A stretch of DNA of 64,000 bases from a virus, in IMG/VR virus record IMGVR_UViG_3300020172_002676, positions 1 through 64,000 of that record, one strand, 5' to 3'. The position numbers and the translations under genes were made by a program. Shown piece by piece: positions 31,401 to 41,129 of the stretch; position 1 is the first letter of the stretch, and each line of letters opens with the position of its first letter. The notes beneath the pieces are model-generated. The model made no database searches. It was not told the origin of the DNA and saw only the letters and a list, made by a program, of their open reading frames with translations.

Positions 31401-34400
31401 TATTTTAACATAACGTCATATTCCAAAAACGTTTTAATTGTATTTGAAAACGATACTAATTGAGTACTTCCAATTGTGTTAAAATATTCATCATTTGATG
31501 TTGATATCTCTTTTCCATTGACCCCCATTAATGTTCTAAACAAGTATTGGAAATTTTTATATACCGCATTACTATCCACAGGAGAATCCCCAATTGGTAC
31601 TTCAATCTGTACCCCTAAATCAATATCTGAAATTGGTTTTGAAAAATTTAAAAACTCTTGTTCAAATTTATCTAAAATACTCTTATCAAAAACTGAAAAA
31701 ATTTCTTCAATTTTAGAATAATCATCATCCATCTTTAAGTTAAATGATGATTGTTTTGATGTCCCCGTTAAAATTTTATTTAAATATGAATCAGGTTGTG
31801 GCTTACTTATTTGATTATTATCAAAATATCCAAAATTTGATGTTGACCATAATAATCTAACAGAACCATTATACATTGATTGGTTATTAGTTAAATCCAC
31901 AACAGTATTATTATTAGTAATACATTCAATTTGTGTTTGATTAATTGACGAACCAAAAGATGGAACAACATAATATTTTGCGTTTGTTGTTTTTGGAAGT
32001 GGAGAACAAGAAAGAGAATTTTGTGCCAAGTCCGCAATACCATTAGGTAAGATTACTGACCACGTATTTACTGTAATTGCCGAAGACCCTTGACTTGCAA
32101 ATATTCTTGAACCCGTAAAATTAAAAAGATTAATACCCCCATTAACACTATCTTGTATTTCGGCATCAGAATATGTTTGGTATAAGTCATATCCATTATA
32201 AAACACATTAAAATCGTTAATAACTTTAGGATAAAATCCTGTTTGAATTGATATACTATTAGTGTTAGATTGTTGTAGTGTTATATTTTGGTCAACTCCA
32301 CCAAATTTAAATGTGTATGTTTTTGTGTCTGAACTAGTTATTGGGTCAAAATTTACTTTGTAGTCAAAGTTTTTCCAAGCAGAGTCCAATATATCAAGTC
32401 CACTATTTTTATAGGTTTTATATCTATACCATATAGAACCCATTTTCAATACCCAAGCATATGGCATTTTATGAATCGCACCAAACTTTTTAAAACAAGA
32501 TGCAATATAATCTAACTCACTTGACGCTCCAACAGTTTTATATCTTTCTCTTAGAGACGCTAATGGTAATGAATTTATAAAAAGATACGCCGCCTGAGTA
32601 TAAGCATACTTATCTTTTCTCCTCCAATTATATACACCATTTTGTATCGCATTGATAAAGTATGGTGTGTTTAACATTGAGGTTGTTGTCTCTATTGTTA
32701 AATTTTTGGTTGGGGAAACGTAATTAACATATCCCTCAGATGGTACAAAAAACTCAGGGTCTTTTCTTTGTGTATCATAAAAAAACGCTAAGTTATTGGT
32801 TCCAAGTATTTCAATTGGGTTTTTAACATTTAAATAAGAAAAATTTGTAACAGGTCTATTTGTTGTATAATTGTAAATGCTATCAAAATTTGAAATAACA
32901 TTTCTTGGTACAAAAACACTTAAAACATTTGTTGTGTTATATACCGAATTTTTAGACGCATTATTACTAAGGCTCATGTTATTTGAAACCCAAGAAGGGT
33001 CGGTAAATGGATATGTATCAATAATTAATGGCTCATTTGTTGCGTTTTTAACTAATTGTGTTAACGCTAATGAGTTTGTACTTGTTTGCGGTTCTCTACC
33101 TAAATCATTAATACCAAGAATATTAAAAGAATTTTCTGTTATATTCTTTATGTAAGGTGTTACATAAAAGTCCCTAATAAAATCTTGATATGACCTACCC
33201 GTTCCTTGATTTGATATACTCTCTAAAAATGTGGGGTAGTTTTGTGCGGTTATATCATAATTTTTTAATTTTAAACTTAAATAAGGTGAACTAACACCTA
33301 ACCCTGTTACAATATTATTTGTTTCTGCACTAGTCACCAAATCAACCAATTGATTTAATTGATTAGTATTGGCCCTTATAAATCCAGAATAATTTGATGT
33401 TAAATATTGTCTTTCCCATATCTCATAGAAAAATTTAATTTCTTCTTTATTAACATATGCAATACTCGCTGATGGATATTCAATAGCATTAACATTAATA
33501 ATATTTGTAGTTGATTGATTATCAATTGGTGGTTCAGTTGGTGGATTAAATTTTTGTGTTAATCCTCTCATATATTCTTCAACAAACTCTACTTCAGGCC
33601 ATTTATCAAATTGAGAACCTTGTGTTTGGTAAACATATTTTGGGTCACCAAGATACGCCAATTGGAATCTACCTTTTTTATATTCTTCCGTTACCTCAAC
33701 AAAAAATTGTGGCCACGGATACACAGGTATTTGGGAAGTAGATAATCCTTGATTACTTGCCTGAGCACTTGCTGATATTTTTACATCATCAATTGTATCG
33801 GTTCCTGGTGCTGACGATGGATTACTTAAAATAGCATTTTTTCTTATTGGGTCGTATTTTACATTCCAAGCGTTTGTATGAACATCATCAAGTAATCTAA
33901 TGAATGCTTCCGCTGAAGCCATAATAACAGCACAAATATTTCTAACGGTTGGTCTAAATCCAATACCTGTTGACGAATCTTCAATTTTTCTTGCAAAATC
34001 TTCGGTTATTTTTTTTTCGTATTCTGAAAGTTTTTGATTTGCAATCGTCTCCATTTCAGAAATTAATACTTCAAATCTAGGAAGATTTAATGAGAGTTTT
34101 CCTCCTCCCTCAAAAATATATAATGGAGGTGTAATAATATTACCAATAGTACTTACCGCTCTAGTATCTGACGTGTCTTTTTCGGAAATAGGTTTAAGTA
34201 TTTTTTCTAATTCTATACTCATTGATAACTTGTCAGCTTCGGTTGGTGTAATAATTCCTTTTTGTTCTGTTGTTGTTTTATCTAAATTAATATCCGATGG
34301 AATAATAGTTCTTAAAAACGTATCATAACTAATACTATTTTTAATAGGCGTTTGACTTTCGGTTCCAAGTGTCGGATTTGATGCTAGTAATTTATTAAAT

Positions 34401-35680
34401 TCAGTTGTATACCCACTTAAAAGGCTTTTAGCACGTTGTTGTGCAACAGGGTCTTTTCTTATATTTTCTTTAAAAAAGAAAACTTGTTCATTATTGTCTT
34501 TTAATATTATAGGGTTTGGGTCTAAATAAGTGTTAAACCAAGATGTTCTTTCACCAATGATTGTATTATAATAATTTTGTAAAGTCTCTTTGTACGCCCT
34601 AATATTTGTTAACGGTGCAACATCAACTTTACTATATGAGTCAACAATATTTCTTTCAAAATTTTGAATTTTACTCATTAGTTGCGCAAAGGTAATTTCA
34701 GGAAAATCAGGACTAATTAACCCTTTGGCTTTATATTCACTATAAAGTTCAACAACTTTTTGATATCCTTTTTCAGACACTAGTTGAGTTGATATATTAT
34801 CAGTACTTATTGTAGATTCTTTTGAAATCGCACCTGTCTGTGAAACATTGGCTCTGGTATTTTTGTCTCCAACTTCTGGTGATATTGGTGATTTAGAAAT
34901 ATCAAATCTTGTACTGTACATATGTGGAGCCGCAAGTAAGTGACCCATAGATACCTCATTCAAGATATTAAATTTATATCCAATAAATTCCAATCTTATT
35001 TGATAATTTCCACTATTTCCATTAAATGACGCATTAAACGTTTTTAAATTCAGTTGGTATCTCACTGCTTGTCCATAATAACCCTTTAATGTTAAATAAA
35101 ATGGACAATATGGTAAATTAAAAAATGCTGAATATGGTGAATCATTACCTAATTGGAATAACGCTCTTCCCTGAATATCTTCTAAGAGTATTGTTACTGT
35201 TGGTACAAACGAAGTGTTAGTTGTTACATTAATACTTGTAATACCTAATAAACCATTATCAGTTGCTTTATCACCAGGCGCACTAACTGTATTTTTTTCA
35301 TACGGTTTAGACCCAATAGGTTCTATAATCTCCTGTCTCATTTGGTTTTGACCTAAACCATTTTTCGCATTTTTACCCGTTAACTCATCATAATAACCTG
35401 TAGTTAAAAAAGTATCCTCTGTTGGTCTTAAAAAATTCATTTTAGCAACTGAAATAGTTCTAATCCTATCTTCAGATGTTCCTCCAACCGCCAATTTTGT
35501 TCTTGGTATAACCTCGGCCTCAAGGTTTGCAAACATAACCAATTTTTCGTGGTCAACTAATCTTTCTCTAATATTTCCAAAAGAGTCTATTGTTTTGTTG
35601 GGGTCAACCATAATAATATTATTATAATCAAACTCAACCAATATGTTACCACTATTGTCTCCTTGTACGTTACCTGCCAT
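28406..35680 (-). CDS. Giant baseplate hub protein (gp27/gpD-like) with C-terminal muramidase-like and IPT/TIG domains
   Basis: 2424 aa; hub motif CLGNALLQP...FNGPYMVTEVNHTI...FQTRFGGIR; YGYNNNYAAV...NFKNVEDFVDFM; PPTIKSFSPNIG...IVGTGF IPT signature. Confidence 0.7.
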   Translation of the reverse strand: MAGNVQGDNSGNILVEFDYNNIIMVDPNKTIDSFGNIRERLVDHEKLVMFANLEAEVIPRTKLAVGGTSEDRIRTISVAKMNFLRPTEDTFLTTGYYDELTGKNAKNGLGQNQMRQEIIEPIGSKPYEKNTVSAPGDKATDNGLLGITSINVTTNTSFVPTVTILLEDIQGRALFQLGNDSPYSAFFNLPYCPFYLTLKGYYGQAVRYQLNLKTFNASFNGNSGNYQIRLEFIGYKFNILNEVSMGHLLAAPHMYSTRFDISKSPISPEVGDKNTRANVSQTGAISKESTISTDNISTQLVSEKGYQKVVELYSEYKAKGLISPDFPEITFAQLMSKIQNFERNIVDSYSKVDVAPLTNIRAYKETLQNYYNTIIGERTSWFNTYLDPNPIILKDNNEQVFFFKENIRKDPVAQQRAKSLLSGYTTEFNKLLASNPTLGTESQTPIKNSISYDTFLRTIIPSDINLDKTTTEQKGIITPTEADKLSMSIELEKILKPISEKDTSDTRAVSTIGNIITPPLYIFEGGGKLSLNLPRFEVLISEMETIANQKLSEYEKKITEDFARKIEDSSTGIGFRPTVRNICAVIMASAEAFIRLLDDVHTNAWNVKYDPIRKNAILSNPSSAPGTDTIDDVKISASAQASNQGLSTSQIPVYPWPQFFVEVTEEYKKGRFQLAYLGDPKYVYQTQGSQFDKWPEVEFVEEYMRGLTQKFNPPTEPPIDNQSTTNIINVNAIEYPSASIAYVNKEEIKFFYEIWERQYLTSNYSGFIRANTNQLNQLVDLVTSAETNNIVTGLGVSSPYLSLKLKNYDITAQNYPTFLESISNQGTGRSYQDFIRDFYVTPYIKNITENSFNILGINDLGREPQTSTNSLALTQLVKNATNEPLIIDTYPFTDPSWVSNNMSLSNNASKNSVYNTTNVLSVFVPRNVISNFDSIYNYTTNRPVTNFSYLNVKNPIEILGTNNLAFFYDTQRKDPEFFVPSEGYVNYVSPTKNLTIETTTSMLNTPYFINAIQNGVYNWRRKDKYAYTQAAYLFINSLPLASLRERYKTVGASSELDYIASCFKKFGAIHKMPYAWVLKMGSIWYRYKTYKNSGLDILDSAWKNFDYKVNFDPITSSDTKTYTFKFGGVDQNITLQQSNTNSISIQTGFYPKVINDFNVFYNGYDLYQTYSDAEIQDSVNGGINLFNFTGSRIFASQGSSAITVNTWSVILPNGIADLAQNSLSCSPLPKTTNAKYYVVPSFGSSINQTQIECITNNNTVVDLTNNQSMYNGSVRLLWSTSNFGYFDNNQISKPQPDSYLNKILTGTSKQSSFNLKMDDDYSKIEEIFSVFDKSILDKFEQEFLNFSKPISDIDLGVQIEVPIGDSPVDSNAVYKNFQYLFRTLMGVNGKEISTSNDEYFNTIGSTQLVSFSNTIKTFLEYDVMLKYGNPANYKRRVFDSFLASNGGSSTITDPIIFTPYVNNTLPSKTNTTTLIQSKTNFSLEWTALETEVGFSTIANLRYDDNGSYITDFFIDNNIGFTVDNIVLCSPLIKMYATQKLYTPTLTSSEFKTRLNTYLQGTSGLQTILLNQILGKVRAELPNQQELPEKTIRSVIDGTQSKVENYEMFKALNDKWIAGGDFKTKTLFEDMLFLDRASRNIGDTVIIDIFSLKDKLTEKSLNMSMSVFTFISGILIQNKFNVMPLPAYVNFYNVQEVDGTTIPQPEGSLQFANNMWGTFLDVDYRKSGPKLICFYVGIPSTHLDLPKGNSRYRDDGFELRRASENPLIENQVGKKDWAVSNKCVGFNVDIGIRNQNIFYSFNVSMDSGKATSESIQAQLDMVDQANGKNTTTQNVSLYNLYKQRSYKCDVTCLGNALLQPTMYFNLRHVPMFNGPYMVTEVNHTITAGSFQTRFGGIRQGIYDLPSIDNLLQSINQNVLTEIENIVKSKKDSVTDKPITNINKSALLSQSGDNSAAAQNSCSNNLNTQYSTWEVVESKTTSLSPQQLADVITQRTANENLQVFIYIMCYIRTFKGGTFYGYNNNYAAVELNYDFGLTSDKFIQKQYSCVNVPNSKGTTTSQPVANFKNVEDFVDFMIARLLPRIDQIFVDGLSIPKFYACSWPGENSNNAVSTSYYDSHINEYTKLIKTTNEGYSSAGEVRLNVESVKGARTADEIQKQKIADLNAGKTPTPNNLNTTTTVPVACPPPTIKSFSPNIGVNNTILNIVGTGFETTTGVTINNVLTTTGITVYTDSNISVIVPKSPTLVIQTNTISVRTKYGNGVSSTLFTYNPQQSLPGVPSLPNSTSAANTNPSPVTLISSTTLDGTLSVQVAPNVGVWDIWNLPQYVYNITKVVAGPNNTQNIEILKQSTVLTNVPNTSFVSGNVFTMDQNQFLLNVLGLSPAVINSYSGGKVNVTFYVRAIPLDKVKNPQDVLLPFKMEYIIL

Positions 35681-35993
35681 AATAATAAAAATAGTTTGCT
35701 AATGCTCCCTTATAATCCTGTAAAGAAGGTAGTAATGGATATGGAATAATCAATATCGCCCCATCATATATATTATTTTCTAACCCCCCAAATTGTGGAT
35801 TTGCTTGTAATATTAACCAACCAAAATACGGTGAGTTATAAAATTCTTGCGAAACAACATCCAGTCTACTTCTAGCGACCTTATATATAAAAGATTTGTC
35901 AGTTGTTTTTTGAGGTAATTCCACAAAGGGAACAACGGTTTGTTCTCCGTTAATTAGAAAATCACTATATCTATTCCAATATTGATACGCCAT
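35670..35993 (-). CDS. LysM-like baseplate protein (T4 gp53 / P2 gpX-like)
   Basis: RLDVVSQEFYNSPYFGWLILQANP...GAILIIP. Confidence 0.82.
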   Translation of the reverse strand: MAYQYWNRYSDFLINGEQTVVPFVELPQKTTDKSFIYKVARSRLDVVSQEFYNSPYFGWLILQANPQFGGLENNIYDGAILIIPYPLLPSLQDYKGALANYFYYYGR

Positions 35994-38900
35994 TAGTTAA
36001 GTTTTGCTTTTGATATATACACAAATGCAAGATAATTGTCATTCCATGTTTTATTATTTGTGTTTTGATTTTGGGTTGCCCCTAAACCTTTAATTAATTT
36101 TTGTTGTCCGTTAGTATTCGCGTTTTCTGTTGTATAAGTAAAAATTCTTTTTTTACTACTAAATGGTGTGTATTTTAAAAAATCTTTCACTTTTTCTTTT
36201 TCCATGTAATTAATAAATTCTTTAGTAATACTATTTTCCTCAGCAAATAATGTTTTTGCAATTCTATCCCAATAAGAATCAAACACTTCACTAATATTAT
36301 CGGCACCTTTACCAATAATTGCAGGATTTTTAAGTACATTACCTATCATTGCAGTTTTAAATGTTTCATATTTTTTTGAATCCACAATGTCATCCGAAAA
36401 TAACATATACACTCTTCTAAATACAAAACTATCAAATGTTGAAAGTGGGCTCTCAGTATACCATTTTTGATTTCTACAAAATGGTATAAAAACCTCTTGG
36501 TCTTGTGGTAATTTATATGGTCCATTTAAAGGTACATCAAATACTAAAGTACCTGTATACTTTTGATTATCACCAGTATATATAAAAGTATTTCCACTCC
36601 AAATAATTTGATTAAATTCTTTAATATTATTACTAATCTTTGTAACATCTTTATTTAATTCATCAAAAGTATCAATCGCCCCAACGGAACTAGAATCAAC
36701 AGGTGTTGTTCCTGATGTATTGTAAGACCTAACAACGCCATTTGTTTGTTGTTGTCCATCCGTTCCTGTTATTGGAATACTTTTTCCATCCTTATCATAA
36801 GTAATTGTATTTATTCTTCCAATATTTCCAATATAGCTTTGTTGGGTACTGGTCATACTTTGACTTATTGTTGTCGCAGCATTTAAATAACCACCCCTTT
36901 TATTCTTAATAATGTTTAAATAATTTTCCTTTATCTGATTTTTAAGCCTATATGAGAAACCAAGAGAATCTTTTGAGATATACTGAATAAACCCTTCATC
37001 ACCATTATTCACATTTGAAGATAAATCTTCAAAAATAACATTAACTCGTTTTTCAAGATTATTTGGTTTACCAAAAAGAATTGTTTTTTCGGCTTCAGTT
37101 ATTAAAAAAGTACCCTCCGTATATGTTCGTTCTAACATCCATTGTTGACGTAATCCATTATTATATTGGTTTACTGTCTCTCTATTTTTATTTACAACAT
37201 TTGTAAAATAATTTTGAGTCTCACCAACAAATTTAGTCATAAACTCACCATATGATATTGTTCCTGTTTGACCAGTTGATGTTACATTACTAGTTAAAAT
37301 AGTTCCAATAGTATTTTCATTTGTCTGCCCATTATTTGGTGCTGCTTGATTTATAGTTGGGGGACTAACGTTGTTAACCGCCGACTTTAAGAAATCTTTA
37401 TCAATTACTTTATAACTTGCATCTGTTGGGTCAGACCTATCATCATACATTTCTGTATTTGCATAATAATTAAATGTTAATGCATTTTGAAGTTTATCAA
37501 CAGATTCTTTCAATCCGCTACCACCAACAAAATTAAATTGCATTGTAACATTCGCAATCATTGGTTGAATACCAATACCTTCAGGATTAATATCTAAATT
37601 TTCATAAGTAAGTCCCAAACTTGTTGGAATAATTTTTGTATTATAGAAATCCCCAATTCTTAATATTAAAACAGGTGGTGCTCCGAACGCAGTATTTGTT
37701 GCATTATTATAATCCAAAACTTGTTGTCCTCCAATCTGTTTAATTGTTGGTATAGTATCACCAGGTCTCATACATTGTTGTAAAAATGTTAACCTTGAGT
37801 TAAGTCCTTCAGGGGTTATTGAGTGAAATGCTGGTTGAAAGAATTTTAATTTATCTCTAAGGTTATCATAAACCATAGGAGTTTCTTCCTTAATTGTTTC
37901 AAAATAATCACACTCTGATAATAACGCTCTTAATACACGTTTACTAATATTGTCTCTTTGTACAACAGTAGTTTCTAATACAGGAACTGTTTCTGTTTTA
38001 GTTACAACATTACCCACAACAACTGTGGTTTTTTTAGGTATTGGCTCTGATGGAGGTGCAAAATTTGTATCAATTTTAGAAATATACGACCTTCTACACG
38101 CCATCGCATTTGTGGTGTATACATCTTTTGAACCAACTTGAGTATCACCACCAACAACACTTTTATCTTTATCACTACAATTTACATCACTCCAACTAAC
38201 AAGTTGATTTATTGAGTATGGTGGTTTTGTTACTTTTGATTTTAACGGCCACGACGCCACTTTATCTTCACCATAAGTTTTACCAGGTTTAAGTATTAGT
38301 TTTTGTTGTTTAACATACTCCATAGTATTTAAATCTTCAGCAAAAAACTTAATTGTGGAAGCAATTCTTCTTTTTGATAATTCAATATTATATGTTTGTG
38401 ATGCTGGTGCAGAGCAACTTGAATCTATTGTTAATGTAATTGTTCCATTTGGATTTTGTTTTAATTGATTAGCAATATCTATTGCCAATTGTTTTCCAAC
38501 TTCATAATTTGGTGTAACAACGGTATTATAATTTTCATCTAATTCAGTCCCGTTTGGTTTTACAGAATATGTTGGTTTTTCATTTATATATTCATCATAC
38601 ATTAAATTATAATTTGGTGTATTAACCAAAAACTCCGCATCTGTTTTTGCTCCGTTTGGTTTAGGATAGTCATTAGAAAAATAAAAACCTAAATTTAAAT
38701 ACTTGTCAAAATTAATAGGTGCCCCACCACTTCCACCATTTCCACCAATATTACCAGTTGTTTGTCCTGCAACTTGTGGTATTGTAGTAATAGTACTAGT
38801 AACATATTCCATCTGTTCTTTTGTAAGTTCTTTAGATGTAATCGCTTGTTGTATTTGATATAAGTCATTTGGACCTATTGTATAATATTTTTTAGCTAAC

Positions 38901-41092
38901 TCATATAAATCGTATTTTCTACATCCAGCAAAAAATGAATCTAAAATACTATCAATTCTTGTTTTGTTTGTTTCGTTAGCCAAAACTTTATTAACAATAA
39001 CATTCAAAACTGAAGGATGGTCAACAACTATCTTCCAAGTTAAAGTACCAGTTCTAGTTGTATTTTTATAAGTATATATTGGTTCTGGTCTACCAATAAA
39101 ATCATTTGGGTTCCAATTAGCCTGAACACTTTCACTAAAAGTTAAACCATATGGTGGGAACCACATAACTCTACCCCCATTTGGGCCTCTTTCACAAACA
39201 GGTAAATCAGATACTGCAAATCCTGGTGTGTTTGATGTTGCCCACGCTAAGTTTTCTAAAGAGAACATATATTTTTTAGCATAAGCAGTATTTGTATTTC
39301 CAATAATATTTGTAGAATCTTGTCCACCCTCTTGTTTGTTTGGAGCAATATTAAGATTATATGTCTTATCTAATACCGAATATGAAAATCTTCTTCCTTC
39401 GGTTACAACACCATCAACTTTTTGTAAATCATTATATTGAAGATATGGAATATCTTTAGTAAAAACCCTACAATATTCAGTACCAACTTCTTGTCCTATT
39501 GAACCAACATAAGTTAGGACTCTAGAACCTTTGGTCATTTCTTTATATCCATCGTGAAATACTTTACTAACTTGGTCAATAGCATTACCAACGTGTTGTA
39601 ATCTTTTACCTCCTTGTGGTTGACTATTAATTAATCTTTGTGTATCGTCAAGAATTGAACCTTCCCTATAGGTTCTTTCTGTAGATTCGGTTGTATTATA
39701 TGAAGAAGGTTTAAAATCTTCATCTTGGTCTAATATAACCCCACCTACACCTACTTTCTTACCCGCATTTCCTTTGTATTTTGGAGATACCCAAGTGAAT
39801 CCACCTTCAATACCACCACCATTACTATAAGTTGGTCCGTTAGCTCCTAATCTAATTTCCTTACTTGGACCTTCATATAACTGTGCTAACTCAGATGGAC
39901 CATAAACAGGAACTTGTAGTTCTTGTCCAAAGGCATTAGCAGGAAGTTCTCCACTTGGTGAAAATACTCTTGATGGTTCAGATGTTGTTGAACCAATGTA
40001 AAAATTGGCATTGTTAGTTTCTGTACCTACAATTGCACCACCAAGTCTATCTAACGCAGTTCTATCATAACTTGGTTTATATCTATTAAAGTTAATGTTT
40101 TTAAACAATAACGATTTCTGTCCTGCTCCTGTATTATTATAAAATAATTGAGACCCTGTTTTACCCCCACTTAATAATTTACTAACAAAATTACCTACCG
40201 CGGCTAATGGGTTTCCAAGTAACGCTTGTCCAATTGTTGTTGGTTGAGGTGGGTTAATTGCTGGGTCAAAATAAGAACCAGATATTAGTGAAAATGGGGT
40301 TGTGCTACCCGCAAGTCTAAGAGCAAAATCTGTGGCAGCAATTATTGGGTTATTAGGTATTGTTATTTGATAATTAGGTTCTATTAAAGGAACATTACCC
40401 GTTAAAATATTAACAAGATTTGATGTACTATTAACATTTAAAATATTTACTCTCCCAAGTGTTTGTCTAAGGATTTCTCGTCCAATTCTATCCTGAAACT
40501 CTTGTTTAACCTTTACCGCACCTAATCTAGCAATATACGAATCTTGACTTAATAATCCATTAGTACCTTGAGGGTTAGATGAAAGTAAAAGAGATACTGA
40601 TGTATATGATGATGGTACATATATTAATGGTACGTATGGTTGACTATTAGTTTGTCTATCTTGGTCAGGTCTTACAGTTTCTAACGTACTAAAAGCATCC
40701 GCAGAGTCAAATACCCTTGTAGTATCCGCATAAGCATTTAGTGGTCTATAGAATTTTATTGCAGCATAACCCTCATCAACAATATGAGCATCTTGTTGTC
40801 CAGGACCATATTCCCCCTGATTTGAGATTGTATTAAGTAACCCTGTTGGGTCAATAGCTTGTTTATATCCACCATCAGCGCCCCATTCATTTAATGGGTA
40901 TAACTTATTAGCAAATACAGGAGTATCAATTAATCCATCAGGACTATCAATAACCGATAAATCAGACTGTACTACCTCATATGTTATTGGAGGCGTAGCC
41001 TTATATGGAGACTTAGCATATGGAACTAAATTTCTTGTAATCAGTTTTTTTCTAAAACCTTCCGAACTTATATAATCTAATGGACTTCCCAA
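35993..41092 (-). CDS. Tail-tube initiator-like baseplate protein (gp48/gp54-like) with inserted OmpA-like peptidoglycan-binding domain
   Basis: 1699 aa, TTG start; FSESVQANWNPNDFIGRPEPIYTYKNTTRTGTLTW and PPVLILRIGDFY tube-initiator motifs; YFSND...YNIELSKRR...YGE...CRR OmpA-like motif. Confidence 0.68.
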   Translation of the reverse strand: MGSPLDYISSEGFRKKLITRNLVPYAKSPYKATPPITYEVVQSDLSVIDSPDGLIDTPVFANKLYPLNEWGADGGYKQAIDPTGLLNTISNQGEYGPGQQDAHIVDEGYAAIKFYRPLNAYADTTRVFDSADAFSTLETVRPDQDRQTNSQPYVPLIYVPSSYTSVSLLLSSNPQGTNGLLSQDSYIARLGAVKVKQEFQDRIGREILRQTLGRVNILNVNSTSNLVNILTGNVPLIEPNYQITIPNNPIIAATDFALRLAGSTTPFSLISGSYFDPAINPPQPTTIGQALLGNPLAAVGNFVSKLLSGGKTGSQLFYNNTGAGQKSLLFKNINFNRYKPSYDRTALDRLGGAIVGTETNNANFYIGSTTSEPSRVFSPSGELPANAFGQELQVPVYGPSELAQLYEGPSKEIRLGANGPTYSNGGGIEGGFTWVSPKYKGNAGKKVGVGGVILDQDEDFKPSSYNTTESTERTYREGSILDDTQRLINSQPQGGKRLQHVGNAIDQVSKVFHDGYKEMTKGSRVLTYVGSIGQEVGTEYCRVFTKDIPYLQYNDLQKVDGVVTEGRRFSYSVLDKTYNLNIAPNKQEGGQDSTNIIGNTNTAYAKKYMFSLENLAWATSNTPGFAVSDLPVCERGPNGGRVMWFPPYGLTFSESVQANWNPNDFIGRPEPIYTYKNTTRTGTLTWKIVVDHPSVLNVIVNKVLANETNKTRIDSILDSFFAGCRKYDLYELAKKYYTIGPNDLYQIQQAITSKELTKEQMEYVTSTITTIPQVAGQTTGNIGGNGGSGGAPINFDKYLNLGFYFSNDYPKPNGAKTDAEFLVNTPNYNLMYDEYINEKPTYSVKPNGTELDENYNTVVTPNYEVGKQLAIDIANQLKQNPNGTITLTIDSSCSAPASQTYNIELSKRRIASTIKFFAEDLNTMEYVKQQKLILKPGKTYGEDKVASWPLKSKVTKPPYSINQLVSWSDVNCSDKDKSVVGGDTQVGSKDVYTTNAMACRRSYISKIDTNFAPPSEPIPKKTTVVVGNVVTKTETVPVLETTVVQRDNISKRVLRALLSECDYFETIKEETPMVYDNLRDKLKFFQPAFHSITPEGLNSRLTFLQQCMRPGDTIPTIKQIGGQQVLDYNNATNTAFGAPPVLILRIGDFYNTKIIPTSLGLTYENLDINPEGIGIQPMIANVTMQFNFVGGSGLKESVDKLQNALTFNYYANTEMYDDRSDPTDASYKVIDKDFLKSAVNNVSPPTINQAAPNNGQTNENTIGTILTSNVTSTGQTGTISYGEFMTKFVGETQNYFTNVVNKNRETVNQYNNGLRQQWMLERTYTEGTFLITEAEKTILFGKPNNLEKRVNVIFEDLSSNVNNGDEGFIQYISKDSLGFSYRLKNQIKENYLNIIKNKRGGYLNAATTISQSMTSTQQSYIGNIGRINTITYDKDGKSIPITGTDGQQQTNGVVRSYNTSGTTPVDSSSVGAIDTFDELNKDVTKISNNIKEFNQIIWSGNTFIYTGDNQKYTGTLVFDVPLNGPYKLPQDQEVFIPFCRNQKWYTESPLSTFDSFVFRRVYMLFSDDIVDSKKYETFKTAMIGNVLKNPAIIGKGADNISEVFDSYWDRIAKTLFAEENSITKEFINYMEKEKVKDFLKYTPFSSKKRIFTYTTENANTNGQQKLIKGLGATQNQNTNNKTWNDNYLAFVYISKAKLN

Positions 41093-41129
41093 TCTATAAC
41101 TTTATTAATAAATAGGTTAATGGTGTTTT

